Positions 38,768 through 49,108 are shown, counted from the first letter of the stretch. The stretch is 64,000 nucleotides of DNA from Deltaproteobacteria bacterium (GCA_032128115.1 JAQBHB010000040.1:130140-194139); one strand, 5' to 3'. Made by a program: numbers and translations. Notes: generated by a model from the sequence alone, not told the origin.

Positions 38768-39460
38768 GTGTTGGAACCCCCCCCGATCGTGCGATCCCGA
38801 TTGCTCAGCGTGGCGGCGCCGAAGCAGGTCCGCAGCGAGCAGACCCTCTACCGCCTGCTCGATGCCGCCGAAGGCCTGATCCAGGAAAAGGGGCTTGCCG
38901 ACGCCTCGGTTCCCGAGATCGTGCGGCGCGCGGGCTCATCGGTGGGCGGCTTCTACGCGCGCTTCCGCGACAAGCGTGAGTTGCTGCGGGCACTCGAGGA
39001 GCGCTTCTTCGACGAACTCAGCCAGCGCCTGGACGCCATCTCGAGACCCGAGCGCTGGGGCGGGGCCCCGATCCCCGAGATCGCCCGGGCCTGTGTCCGC
39101 GAGCTGGTGGACACTTTCCGCGAACGCCGCGCCCTGATCGGCGTGTTCATGTTCCGCGCGGCCCAGGACCCGGAATTCATGGAGGACGGGTTGCGTTTCC
39201 GACGCAAGGTTTCGGAGCGACTGGTCGCGCTGCTGCTCCCGCGCCGGAGTGAGATCGCGCATCCGGACCCGGAGCTGGCCATCGATCTCGGCGTGCAGTT
39301 CGCCTTTGGTCTCATGCACCAGGACGTCATGTTTGGAGACATCCGCGCGGGCGCCCGGCGCCTGGGCGACGACGACCTGGTGGACGAGTTGACGCGAAAC
39401 TTTCTCTCATACCTGGGTGCCGCCCCCGAGCCATCGCCCAGCCCGAGGAGTGCATCGTGA
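38768..39460 (+). CDS. TetR/AcrR family regulator
   Basis: PKQVRSEQT...IVRRAGSSVGGFYARFRDK. Confidence 0.9.
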   Translation: MLEPPPIVRSRLLSVAAPKQVRSEQTLYRLLDAAEGLIQEKGLADASVPEIVRRAGSSVGGFYARFRDKRELLRALEERFFDELSQRLDAISRPERWGGAPIPEIARACVRELVDTFRERRALIGVFMFRAAQDPEFMEDGLRFRRKVSERLVALLLPRRSEIAHPDPELAIDLGVQFAFGLMHQDVMFGDIRAGARRLGDDDLVDELTRNFLSYLGAAPEPSPSPRSAS

Positions 39461-40563
39461 AGTACATCCAGAACAATCCGGTCCCGATTCCGTCGTTCGG
39501 AGCGTCCCAGTCCGTCAAGACCACCATGGAATCGGTCTTCGACTGGAAGTACGCCATGGAGAAGCAGGGCCTCATGGCCCTCTACGAAAAGGGCAAGACC
39601 GCCACCTGGAACGCGACGGATCTCGACTGGTCCATCGAGGTGGACATCGAAAAGATCATGCGCGAACGCCAGGTGGGCGGCATCGGCAGCATGTTGAACA
39701 CGGTGCTGAACCCGCCGCGAACCCTGGATGACCGGGAGCAGATCGAACTCAACCTGAACATGAACGCCTTCATGCTCTCCCAGTTCCTGCACGGGGAACA
39801 GGGCGCCCTGGTGGCCACGGCGAAGATCGTGCAGCAGGTGCCCTGGGAGGAGGCCAAGTTCTACGCCGCCAACCAGGTGGCGGACGAGGCCCGCCACGTG
39901 GAGGTCTACCACCGCTACCTCACCGAAAAGATGGGCATGTCGTACGAGATCCACCCGGCCCTGGCGTCGCTGCTGGAAGACATCGTCTCCGACTCGCGCT
40001 GGGACGTGACCTACCTGGGCATGCAGATCATGGTGGAGGGCCTGGCCCTGGCGGCCTTCGGAATGATGAAGCTCATGATGCAGGACGAGCCCCTGATCCA
40101 GGACCTGACCAGCCGCGTCATGGCCGACGAGTCGCGCCATGTGGCATTCGGCGTGCTGTCCCTGGAGGGTCTCTACCGGAACGAGCTGACCGCCTCCGAG
40201 CTTTCCGAGCGCGAGGAGTTCGTGATCGAGGCCACCCACCTGATGCGCGAGCGGCTGGTGATGCACCCGGTGTTCGATCGCATGGGCTGGGACAAGAAGG
40301 TGTGGGTGCCGTGGATGCAGGAGACGCCGTTCATGAAGGGATTCCGCCAGATGCTCTTTTCGAAAATCGTCCCCAATCTCAAGCGCTTGGGGCTCCTGAC
40401 CCCGAGGGTTCGCGAGGAGTACGCGAAGCTCGACCTGCTGCGATTCGAACACCTGGAAGACTCGGTCGAGAACCCGGATGTCACGCCGCCCGAGGAGCTG
40501 GTGAAGCTGCTCACCGAGTTCATGACCCAGCGCGAGGCCGCGCAGCAGGGCGCCCCGGCCTGA
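39457..40563 (+). CDS. Ferritin-like diiron-carboxylate protein (AurF/R2-like)
   Basis: SQFLHGEQGAL, DEARH, VEGLALAAF, DESRH. Confidence 0.88.
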   Translation: MKYIQNNPVPIPSFGASQSVKTTMESVFDWKYAMEKQGLMALYEKGKTATWNATDLDWSIEVDIEKIMRERQVGGIGSMLNTVLNPPRTLDDREQIELNLNMNAFMLSQFLHGEQGALVATAKIVQQVPWEEAKFYAANQVADEARHVEVYHRYLTEKMGMSYEIHPALASLLEDIVSDSRWDVTYLGMQIMVEGLALAAFGMMKLMMQDEPLIQDLTSRVMADESRHVAFGVLSLEGLYRNELTASELSEREEFVIEATHLMRERLVMHPVFDRMGWDKKVWVPWMQETPFMKGFRQMLFSKIVPNLKRLGLLTPRVREEYAKLDLLRFEHLEDSVENPDVTPPEELVKLLTEFMTQREAAQQGAPA

Positions 40564-40570
40564 CCCGCTG

Positions 40571-42073
40571 TCACGAGAAAGCGTTGCAGGGCTGGCCGCG
40601 CCGTCTCGAACGGCCGATCGCCCACGCGCCCGCCCCGGCCAGTCCTGAGGCCAGGAGTGCGGTGGCATGGGGCAGCAGGCCCGGAACGGGTGCGCTCGCC
40701 GTGCACGCCAGGCGCGGGAAGTCCAGCGAGTTGGTCGTGTCCGTCACGAGCACACTGGAGGTTTCGAGCACGGTCTCCAGGTCGTCTGCCGTCAGGCTCG
40801 GGTCGTTCTCCAGCAGCGCGGCGACACAGGCGGTGACCAGCGGCGCCGCCTGGGAGGTTCCCCGGAAGGTGCTGCTGCCGCCGCCCAGAGCGGTGGAGGT
40901 AAGACGCCCACCCGGCGCGAAGACGTCGGTGCTGGCGTTGCTGTTGGACCAGCACGTGACCTGGTCGGCCTGGGTCGTGGCATCCGTGCAGGTGTGAGCC
41001 GTCTGCGAGCCCACGTTGGCGTCCCAGACGGCCCCCACCGAGATGGCGCCGGCCACGCAGGCCGGGGCACTCATCAGCGATCCCGATCCGTCGTTTCCCG
41101 CGGACACGATGCTGAGCACGCCGTTGGCCCGCAGGGTGTCGATGGCAATGGCCAGGCTCATCGTGAACGAAGTGGCCGTGTCGCAATTTCCCGAGAACAG
41201 GACGCTGGTTCCCAGGCTCATGTTCACCACGTCCACGTCGGGTCGATTCACGGCAATCCAGTCGAGGCCCGCCACGATGTCCGAGCTGCAGCAGAAATTG
41301 GCGTTGTGGTCCAGGACCTTGACGGCCACGATCTCCGCGCCCGGGGCGCCGCCCAGCGGCGCAGTGGTTCCGTTCGACGTCACGATGCCGGCCACGTTGG
41401 TGCCGTGCCCGTTGTCGTCCTGGGCGCTGCCGGCGCCGCTCTGGGTGGTATTGCCGTTGGGGCAGCAGCCGGCTCCTGAATCGGAGCAGAAGCACTCCTG
41501 GGCGATCACCGCATCGGAGAGGTCGGTGTGCGAGAGATCCACGCCTGAGTCGAGAATCGCCACCTGGATGCCGTCGCCGCTGAGGCCCGCGGTCTGCAGC
41601 GCGTCGAGTCCCACCAGGGGAACCGCTTCGGTGGCGTGGGCCGAGCCACCGCTATCGAGATCCACCCGCAACACGTCCGGATCGTTCGCCAGACGCACGA
41701 GGCCCCGGGCGTCGACACGGCCCGCCACCGCATTGACGGCGCCAAAGCGCCGCTGCAGCTCGAACTCGCCGGCGCCGAAGCGGCCGAGCAGGGCGTCGCC
41801 TCGCGAGGCCAGGGCGTGGCGATGGCGCGGGTGGCGGAAGCGCTCGCCACCGCCGGGCCCCGCTTCGGGTACCCGGAACACGATCAGGACCGGAGCGCGA
41901 CCCTCGCTCTCCACGCGATCGATGGCCGGCGCGCCCACGCGTCCCGAGCGAACCAGCTGAGCGCGCTCGCTCGTGGTGAGGCGCTGCGCATGGGCCGGGA
42001 GAGCCACGGAGAAAACCAGCAGCCCCAGACTCAGGGCGGAGGCACAACGGGTCCAGCTTGAAATCTCCTGCAT
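40571..42073 (-). CDS. Secreted S8 subtilisin-like peptidase with a CTERM-type tail
   Basis: Signal peptide and propeptide; LDSG, HGTNVAG, GTSQAAP; C-terminal PVPGL + TM + RSRRR. Confidence 0.9.
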   Translation of the reverse strand: MQEISSWTRCASALSLGLLVFSVALPAHAQRLTTSERAQLVRSGRVGAPAIDRVESEGRAPVLIVFRVPEAGPGGGERFRHPRHRHALASRGDALLGRFGAGEFELQRRFGAVNAVAGRVDARGLVRLANDPDVLRVDLDSGGSAHATEAVPLVGLDALQTAGLSGDGIQVAILDSGVDLSHTDLSDAVIAQECFCSDSGAGCCPNGNTTQSGAGSAQDDNGHGTNVAGIVTSNGTTAPLGGAPGAEIVAVKVLDHNANFCCSSDIVAGLDWIAVNRPDVDVVNMSLGTSVLFSGNCDTATSFTMSLAIAIDTLRANGVLSIVSAGNDGSGSLMSAPACVAGAISVGAVWDANVGSQTAHTCTDATTQADQVTCWSNSNASTDVFAPGGRLTSTALGGGSSTFRGTSQAAPLVTACVAALLENDPSLTADDLETVLETSSVLVTDTTNSLDFPRLACTASAPVPGLLPHATALLASGLAGAGAWAIGRSRRRGQPCNAFS

Positions 42074-42083
42074 CTCGGCTCTG

Positions 42084-42458
42084 TCAGAGGCCGTTCTCGG
42101 GCCGCTCGACCTCCTGCAGGCGCCCCGCGAGCAGGGCGAGTTCCTGGGTCAGGTCCTTGTTCTGCTCGGACAGCCCGCTCACCCGCACACTCAGGTGGAG
42201 CAGCAGGGCGGCCAGGAACAACAGGCCGAAGAAGAAGATCACCGAATTGGCGCTGACGGCTCCCACCATCCGGGTGATCCCGATGAGAAGACCGCCCCAG
42301 GAGGCCAACACGGCCGTCCCCAGACTCACCGCAATCCACAGGATCGAGTACTCCTCCTTCAGTCGGCGCTTGCGCACCAGCTCCACCACGAAGGCGAACA
42401 GGGCCAGGCAGCCGATCACGGCGACGGCCTGGGCGCGGGCGGGGATCAGCGGTTCCAT
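42084..42458 (-). CDS. DUF2304-like membrane protein
   Basis: LVRKRRLKEEYSILW...LTQELAL; follows a GT2 gene. Confidence 0.8.
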   Translation of the reverse strand: MEPLIPARAQAVAVIGCLALFAFVVELVRKRRLKEEYSILWIAVSLGTAVLASWGGLLIGITRMVGAVSANSVIFFFGLLFLAALLLHLSVRVSGLSEQNKDLTQELALLAGRLQEVERPENGL

Positions 42459-43168
42459 GGGACCTCCTGGGACTCCGGTGGCTTTCGCATCAGGACCACC
42501 CCGATGGAGAGCAGCTGCTTGAAGGGGTAGTAGAGGGCGCGAAGCGGAGTGGTGCTCGAGCGGCCGCTGGCGCGTGGACGCATCCGGACCGAGACCTCGA
42601 GCAGATCGAAGCCTGCCCGGCGCAGCAGCACCAGGGTCTCGGCGTCGGGAAAGTCGACCGGGTAGTTCCGAGCCAGGAACGAGAAGGCCTGGCGGTCGAG
42701 GGCGCGAAAACCCGAAGTGGTGTCGGTGATGCGCTGGCCGGTGGCGGCTCGCACCACGGCGCCGAACAGTCGCATTCCCAGACGGCGGGCCGGCGAGGCC
42801 TGGTAGCCCGTGTCGTCCAGGAAGCGTGAGCCGATGACCACGTGGGCTTCACGTTCGCGCAGGGGCTGAAGGATCCGGCCCAGCTGGGCGGGGTCGTGCT
42901 GGCCGTCGCCGTCCACCTGGACCACCGCGTCATAGCCGCGGGCCACGGCGTACTTGAAGCCGGTCTGCACGGCGCCGCCGATGCCGAGATTCACGGGAAG
43001 GGTCAGCACGCGGGCACCGGCCTCCCGGGCGCGGCGGCCGGTGGCGTCGCGGGAGCAGTCGTCGATCACCAGCACGTCCAGGGCCGGCTGGGCATCGTGC
43101 AATTCCTTTACCACCTGTCCGATGGCGTCCTCTTCCTGGAACGCGGGCACGATGGCCAGGATCCTCAC
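42446..43168 (-). CDS. GT2 polyprenol-phosphate glycosyltransferase (DPM1-like)
   Basis: IVPAFQEE, IDDCSRD, NLGIGGA, DGDGQH, DTTSGFRA. Confidence 0.9.
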   Translation of the reverse strand: MRILAIVPAFQEEDAIGQVVKELHDAQPALDVLVIDDCSRDATGRRAREAGARVLTLPVNLGIGGAVQTGFKYAVARGYDAVVQVDGDGQHDPAQLGRILQPLREREAHVVIGSRFLDDTGYQASPARRLGMRLFGAVVRAATGQRITDTTSGFRALDRQAFSFLARNYPVDFPDAETLVLLRRAGFDLLEVSVRMRPRASGRSSTTPLRALYYPFKQLLSIGVVLMRKPPESQEVPWNR

Positions 43169-44175
43169 GCCGGGCCTCCGGCGACGTCGCCCTGCCACCA
43201 GCGAAGGGTGAGGCTCGAGGCCACCAGCTGGAATCCGCAGCGCGCGTAGAGGTTCGAGGCCGGCAGATTCGCGATCTGGGTTCCCACTTCGGCGAAGCGA
43301 TTGCCGCGCGCTCGGAGCCGGGCCAACGAGGCCCACGACAGGGCGGCGCCGATTCCGCTGCGCTGCCGCGACGGGTCCACGCCGATCAGATCCAGGGCGC
43401 CCACGCCAACCCCCAGGGTTTCGCGGGCCACCGGGTCCTCGGACAACACGAAGAAGCCAGCCGGGCTCCCGTCCAGCTCGGCCACCAGCACGGCGCAACC
43501 GGTGGCGCCACGCACCCCGTTCTCGACCCAGTTGGCGTGGACGGCATCGGCTGCCTCGGGGGCGATCACCGGATCGCGGTGGAAGCGATCGTACCGGAAG
43601 CTGTTGGCGGCCAGACGGCGCAGGGCCGGGATGTCGTCTTCGCGGGCATCTCGCACATTGGCGGCGCCGGGCACCTCGTCTCCCATCTCGTCGAGATCGA
43701 TGCCGAAGTGCAGGACGCCGTCCACGATCCGGAATCCGTGCGCCTCCAGGGCCCGGAGACCGGCGCCCTGATTGCTGCCCAGGCGGGCCGTTACGTAGGC
43801 GGCGCCGTCTGTGCGGGCAGCCTCGAGTGCGGCTCCTGCGAGTGCGCCGGCCATGGGGCCCGAGCGGTCGGAGTCGGCGCCCGACTTGGCATCCATTTCC
43901 AACAGGGGAACGCCGCCGACCCGCATCCCCAGGATTGCGCTGTCCCACACCAGCGGACGGTAGGCACTTACGCCTGCGCCGGGATGGCCCGTGGCGAAGC
44001 CGCGCGCGTCGGGAGCGTCCAGGATCCGGGCCGCCTGCGCCGACGCATGGGCGATGAGCCTCTCCGGGTCGGGGCGGCCGCACCAGCCGCGCGGCAGATC
44101 GTCCCGGTCTCGGAAGATCGCATGCAGCAGCTCGCTGTCGCTGTTGGCGATCTCATGCATCGGTACTTCGGACAT
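43165..44175 (-). CDS. GNAT acetyltransferase (WecD-like NDP-amino-sugar N-acetyltransferase)
   Basis: WDS..LG, RFH.DP, LIGV...QRSGIG, VGTQ..N..A..LY..CGF. Confidence 0.75.
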   Translation of the reverse strand: MSEVPMHEIANSDSELLHAIFRDRDDLPRGWCGRPDPERLIAHASAQAARILDAPDARGFATGHPGAGVSAYRPLVWDSAILGMRVGGVPLLEMDAKSGADSDRSGPMAGALAGAALEAARTDGAAYVTARLGSNQGAGLRALEAHGFRIVDGVLHFGIDLDEMGDEVPGAANVRDAREDDIPALRRLAANSFRYDRFHRDPVIAPEAADAVHANWVENGVRGATGCAVLVAELDGSPAGFFVLSEDPVARETLGVGVGALDLIGVDPSRQRSGIGAALSWASLARLRARGNRFAEVGTQIANLPASNLYARCGFQLVASSLTLRWWQGDVAGGPA

Positions 44176-44176
44176 G

Positions 44177-45379
44177 TCAGCGAGCCAGGGCCGTCGCCAC
44201 CTTCGCGACGGCTTCCACCACGTCGTCCGCGTCGGCGTCCGTCATGGCAGGGTACAGGGGCAGGGAAACCAGACGCTCGTAGGCGGCTTCGGCCACCGGC
44301 AGCGACCCGGGCGCGAGCTCCAGCTGCTTGCGGTAGAACGGATGGAAGTGGATGGGGATGAAGTGGACCGTGGCGCCCACGTTCTCGGCGCGCAGCTCCC
44401 GGATGAATCGGGCCCGGTCGCAGGCGAGGGCCTCGGGGCGCAGCCGGATCGGATACAGGTGGTATGCGTGGGTCACGCTGTCGCGACACGCGGGGATCTC
44501 CACTGCGGGATGCCCGGCGAAGGCCCGATCGAAACGCCTTGCCAGGGCCTGGCGCCGCGCCGTGAACCCGGCGAGCTGCGCGAGCTGTGGCAGCCCGATG
44601 GCGGCCTGCAGATCGGTCATGTTGTACTTGAAGCCTGCCGCTCGAACCTCGTAGAACCAGGGCTCCGCCGACTGTTCGCGCTGCCAAGCGGCGCGACTCA
44701 CCCCCTGTGCGGACAGCAGCCGGGCCCCCTCGGCGATGCGATCCGAATCCGTGGTCAGGGCGCCGCCTTCGCCGGTGGTGAGGTTCTTGGTGGCATAGAA
44801 CGAAAAGCAGGTGGCGTCGCCCAGGGTTCCCACCGCGCGATCCCGGTAGCGGGCGCCGATGGCGTGGGCCGCGTCCTCGATCACACGCAGGCGGTGTCGG
44901 GCGGCCAACTCGAGGATGGCGTCCATGTCGCACGGGTGTCCTGCGTAATGCACTGGAACCAGGGCACGGGTGCGTTCGGAGATTGCATCGGCCACGCGCG
45001 CCGGATCCAGGTTGAGGGTGTCCGGCTCCACGTCTACCAGGACCGGGCGTCCACCCGCCTGGAGGATGGTGTTCGCGGTGGCGCAGTAGGTGAGCGGGGT
45101 GGTGATGACTTCGTCGCCTGGGGCCAGTTCGAGGCCGGCGAGCGCCACGTGAAGCGCGGCGGTGCACGAGCTCACGCACACCACGTGTCGGACCCCGATC
45201 GCTTCGGCCAGGGCCGATTCGAAGCGCTCGACCCGCGGTCCGGCGGTGATCCAGCCCGACTCCAGGACCTCCAGCACCTGGCGGCGCTCGGCCTCGCCCA
45301 GGGAGGGGCGCGCCACCGGAAGCAGGCTCTCGCGAACGGGCCGTCCGCCCTGGCTGGCAAGCTGGGAGGGGTTGGACAA
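44177..45379 (-). CDS. DegT/DnrJ/EryC1/StrS aminotransferase
   Basis: SSCTAALH, IEDAAHA, FSFYATKNLTTGEGG; TTG start inferred. Confidence 0.92.
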   Translation of the reverse strand: MSNPSQLASQGGRPVRESLLPVARPSLGEAERRQVLEVLESGWITAGPRVERFESALAEAIGVRHVVCVSSCTAALHVALAGLELAPGDEVITTPLTYCATANTILQAGGRPVLVDVEPDTLNLDPARVADAISERTRALVPVHYAGHPCDMDAILELAARHRLRVIEDAAHAIGARYRDRAVGTLGDATCFSFYATKNLTTGEGGALTTDSDRIAEGARLLSAQGVSRAAWQREQSAEPWFYEVRAAGFKYNMTDLQAAIGLPQLAQLAGFTARRQALARRFDRAFAGHPAVEIPACRDSVTHAYHLYPIRLRPEALACDRARFIRELRAENVGATVHFIPIHFHPFYRKQLELAPGSLPVAEAAYERLVSLPLYPAMTDADADDVVEAVAKVATALAR

Positions 45380-45422
45380 TGGGGTTCCTGGGCGTCCTGG
45401 GGCGCCTCGCATGGCGTGGCCG

Positions 45423-46412
45423 TCAGCGATAACGGTAACGCACGTTGTAGTAGCGATCGTCCCGGAAGTCGGCGATTTCACCGGTGCGCAGGGCGTCGGC
45501 AACTTCTCGGATTCCGTCGTCCAGGCTTCGCTCGCAGGCAAAGCCCAGGGCATCCCGGATCTTCTGGAACGAAACCCGATACGAGCGCGGGTCCGGCGAG
45601 TCGCCGGCCACCTCCACCCGGGTTCCGGGCACCGCCGCAGCCACGCGTTCGCCGAGCTCCGCCACGCGGTGGTTGCCCGCATCCGAGCCCACGTTGAAGA
45701 CCTGTCCGGCCACTGTGACGGCGTCGGCCGCAAGGCACGCCACCGCCGCGCGGGCCACGTCGTGGGCGTGGACCACGGGTCGCCACTGCTCGCCGCCGTG
45801 CACGCTGAGCTTATGTTCGCTCACCGCCTTGGCGGTCATGATGTTCACCACCAGGTCGAAGCGCATGCGCGGCGACAGGCCGAACACGGTGCCCAGGCGC
45901 ATCACCGTTGCCACCGTGTCGGAATCGCGGAGACCCTCGAGGATCATCTCCTCCGACTGCACGTTGGTCTCCGCGTACAGCGAGGCAGGTCTCACGGCGG
46001 AGGTCTCGTCGATCCAGCGGTCACCGGCGGCACCATAGACGCTGCAGGTGGAGGCGAACACGAAGCGCTCCACTCCCCGGTATTGCGCCGCGTCCACGAT
46101 CGTGCGGGTGGCTGCCAGATTGACGGCGAAGGTGGCGTCCGGATCCAGGTCGCAGGCCGGGTCGCCCACGATGCCCGCCAGGTGGATCACGCCGTGACAG
46201 TCTTCGAGCCCCGCCACCAGGTCCTCGATGTGGCAGATGTCGCCCTCCAGCAGCTCGAAGCCCGACACACCGATCAGGGGCGCGATCGACTCGCGGCCCC
46301 AGGCCAGCTTGTCCAGCACCCGAACCCGGTAGCCCAGCCCGAGCAGCTGCCGCGTCAGATGCGAACCCACGTAGCCCGCGCCTCCGGTCACCAGGATGCG
46401 TCGATCGTGCAT
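45423..46412 (-). CDS. NAD-dependent sugar epimerase/dehydratase
   Basis: TGGAGYVGS, HLAGIVGDPAC, FASTCSVYG, RFDLVVN; YxxxK altered to YAETN. Confidence 0.88.
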   Translation of the reverse strand: MHDRRILVTGGAGYVGSHLTRQLLGLGYRVRVLDKLAWGRESIAPLIGVSGFELLEGDICHIEDLVAGLEDCHGVIHLAGIVGDPACDLDPDATFAVNLAATRTIVDAAQYRGVERFVFASTCSVYGAAGDRWIDETSAVRPASLYAETNVQSEEMILEGLRDSDTVATVMRLGTVFGLSPRMRFDLVVNIMTAKAVSEHKLSVHGGEQWRPVVHAHDVARAAVACLAADAVTVAGQVFNVGSDAGNHRVAELGERVAAAVPGTRVEVAGDSPDPRSYRVSFQKIRDALGFACERSLDDGIREVADALRTGEIADFRDDRYYNVRYRYR

Positions 46413-46428
46413 GGGGCGATGTCCCGGC

Positions 46429-47571
46429 TCAGTGTCCGGGGGGGGCCGTGGGGCCCGGGCGGAAACGGTAGATCTGGTAGGGAGCATGGGCTCGCACGTG
46501 ATCGTCGCTCCGCATGATCACGTGGTGCAGGGCGCTGCACGTGACATAGAGCCAGCCGTCCGGCCCGAAGCTGAAGCCATCGGGCCAGCGCAGCATGGGA
46601 TCCATCAACAGCGTGCGGAGTTTGCGATCGCGGCCCAGAACCACGATGGCGGATTCGTCCGGGTCCGACAGGTAGATGTTGTCGAGATCGTCGCTGGTGA
46701 TCCCATCACTCATGGACTTGCGCGCGAAGACCTCGACCTTCTGGGCCAGTGCCGCGGGCGAGAGCGAGGGATCGTCCAGGTCGGATCGTCGCACCCGGTA
46801 GAGGTGGCGGTTGGTCACCGGTGCGAAGTAGAGCCACTCGCCGCGCCGGTCGAGCGCAATCGAGTCCACGCCGGGCCGGATGGCGAAGATTCCGAAGACC
46901 AGCATGCGACGGCCCTGGACCTCGGGCACGTAGTTCTCGGCGGTGACCGAGGTGTGTCCCTCCAGCAAGCGCCTCGCGCTGCGCGATTCCACGTCGTAGA
47001 CCAGCAGCGCGGGGGTCTTGGCGAAAATGCTGGCATCGGCGATGTAGATGCGGCGGCCGTCCGGGCTCACCTGGAAATCGTTCAGGTGCGACCCGATGCC
47101 GGCCAGATCCCGCGAGAAGTCGAAGCGATGTACCGCATCTCCCGACGCCAGGTCGAAGGCCAGCAGGCGGGGGGTGCCGGTTCCGTGGTTGGCGTTGTCC
47201 AGGATCCAGAGGCGGCCCTGGCGATCGATGCGCAGGGAGAGCACCGACTGGTACTCGAGTCCGTCGGGCAGGCCGCCGGGCGGGTAGGGCACCGGCTCGC
47301 CGTCGATCAGCTCGGCCACCTGGATTTCCGGTGAGGCTTCCGGGTGGAAGCTGAAGAAGACGCGGCCGTCCCGGGAAACCGCGATGTTGCCCGGGGGCAG
47401 GGGCAGATCCGCCACTTTCTCCAGGGCCGAGGCCGGGAGTTCGGGATCGCTGGTGAGATCCGGGAACTCGTCGCCGCCGCCGTAGCGCCACCACAAGGTC
47501 GCAACGCCGATCGCGCCGAGGCCGACGATCGCCAGTGTGGCGAGTGCGAGGATCCGAATCAGGGTGTGCAT
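46429..47571 (-). CDS. Yellow/major royal jelly-like beta-propeller protein
   Basis: N-terminal TM; PGNIAVS, LWILDN, LNDF, YIAD, DSIAL, SDGI, WPDGF. Confidence 0.8.
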   Translation of the reverse strand: MHTLIRILALATLAIVGLGAIGVATLWWRYGGGDEFPDLTSDPELPASALEKVADLPLPPGNIAVSRDGRVFFSFHPEASPEIQVAELIDGEPVPYPPGGLPDGLEYQSVLSLRIDRQGRLWILDNANHGTGTPRLLAFDLASGDAVHRFDFSRDLAGIGSHLNDFQVSPDGRRIYIADASIFAKTPALLVYDVESRSARRLLEGHTSVTAENYVPEVQGRRMLVFGIFAIRPGVDSIALDRRGEWLYFAPVTNRHLYRVRRSDLDDPSLSPAALAQKVEVFARKSMSDGITSDDLDNIYLSDPDESAIVVLGRDRKLRTLLMDPMLRWPDGFSFGPDGWLYVTCSALHHVIMRSDDHVRAHAPYQIYRFRPGPTAPPGH

Positions 47572-47640
47572 GGGTGTCCGGGTCCGATCCGAGCCCTCAG
47601 CCCCTCCGCCGTGGGCCGGCCATTCTACCCGGATTCGGGC

Positions 47641-49083
47641 GTGCCGGATTCGGATACCCTGGAGCCCGTGGCGGGGATCTTCGAGCCGGCGCCCGAGCCG
47701 CCGCTGCTGCTCCAGCGGCGCGGAACCGACGAATTCCACCCGGCTCCCGACTCGCACGAGCAGCGCAGGGCCCGGGCCGTCGTGGACGGGATCGCCCCGG
47801 ACGCCGCCCGTCGCGCGGCCCTCCCACTGGCGCACTACCTGTCCGGACGCCTGGGAACGGCGGCGTCGCTAATGGCCCTGAACGCCGCGTGGGAGGGGAG
47901 CGGAGACGGAGAGGGCGCCTTCTATGACGTGGCCCCGGAGGCGGCCCACGACCCGGTGGCCGCCGAGGACAGCCTGGGCGGCGCGGAGCTGGTGGTGGAC
48001 GTTCAAACGCATTACGTGGCCCAGGAACGGGCGACGGCCCCGGCGGCCGCTGCGATTCTGGCTTTCATCCGACAGGTGGCGCCCGAACGCTGGGCGTCCC
48101 TGCCCGGCGCGGCGGCGCTATCGATGGCCGAGTTCCTGCGCTGCGTCTACCTCCAGAGCGAAACGGCCGTGGCGGTGCTCACCTCGGCGCCCGGTGAAGG
48201 CGAACACAACATCCTCACCAACGCCGAGATCGCCGGCACCCGCGAGCTGCTGGAGCGCCTCGGCGGCGACGGCCGCCTGCTGCACCACGCCATCGTGCAT
48301 CCGAACCTTGCGGGTGAGCTCGAGGCGATGGAGGCGCTGCGCGATCGCTACCAGCCGGTGGGCTGGAAGGTCTACACGCTCTACGCCAACCGCGAGGGCG
48401 CCGGCTGGCGACTCGATGACGAGGCGTCGGGGATTCCGTTTCTCCAGCGGAGCCGCGAGCTGGGGGTGCGCCGGGTGTGCGCCCACAAGGGGCTGAGCCA
48501 GCTCGCGCCCACCGGCTCGCCGGACGACGTGGGGCCGGCGGCGGCTGCCTTTCCGGATCTCGACTTCCTGATCTACCACTCGGGCTACGAGGTTCCCGTG
48601 GGCGACCTCGAGGAGGGTCCATACCAGGCGTCGGCCGCACCCGCCGGAACCGATCGGTTGGTGGCGAGCCTGTTGCGATCCGGTGTCGGCCCCGGCGCCA
48701 ACGTCTACGCCGAGCTGGGGAGTACCTGGTATCTGCTGGCCCGTCGACCGCGCGAGGCCGCGCACGTGTTGGGAAAGCTCCTGCGCGCCGTGGGCGAGGA
48801 CAACGTGCTGTGGGGAACCGACTCGGTCTGGTACGGATCTCCGCAGCCCCTGATCGACGCCTTTCGCGCCTTCCGGATCCCCGCCTCGTATTGCGACCGG
48901 TACGGCTATCCGGCGCTCACTCCGCGGGTGAAGGAAAAGATCCTCGGACTCAATGCGGCGCGCGTCTACGGCATCGATCCGGCCCGGGCGAGGCGGGTGG
49001 CGCGCTCGGACGATCTGGCCTGGGTGCGGGCCGCCCTCGACGAGACGCGCACCACCGGCACCCCGCGTTGGGTCGGGGAGTGA
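47641..49083 (+). CDS. Amidohydrolase_2 family metal-dependent hydrolase
   Basis: DVQTH, WKVY, HKG, IYHSG, WGTDSVWYGSPQ, KILGLNAAR; start uncertain. Confidence 0.85.
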   Translation: MPDSDTLEPVAGIFEPAPEPPLLLQRRGTDEFHPAPDSHEQRRARAVVDGIAPDAARRAALPLAHYLSGRLGTAASLMALNAAWEGSGDGEGAFYDVAPEAAHDPVAAEDSLGGAELVVDVQTHYVAQERATAPAAAAILAFIRQVAPERWASLPGAAALSMAEFLRCVYLQSETAVAVLTSAPGEGEHNILTNAEIAGTRELLERLGGDGRLLHHAIVHPNLAGELEAMEALRDRYQPVGWKVYTLYANREGAGWRLDDEASGIPFLQRSRELGVRRVCAHKGLSQLAPTGSPDDVGPAAAAFPDLDFLIYHSGYEVPVGDLEEGPYQASAAPAGTDRLVASLLRSGVGPGANVYAELGSTWYLLARRPREAAHVLGKLLRAVGEDNVLWGTDSVWYGSPQPLIDAFRAFRIPASYCDRYGYPALTPRVKEKILGLNAARVYGIDPARARRVARSDDLAWVRAALDETRTTGTPRWVGE

Positions 49084-49108
49084 TTCCATTCCTCAGCCAC
49101 GGGCCTGT

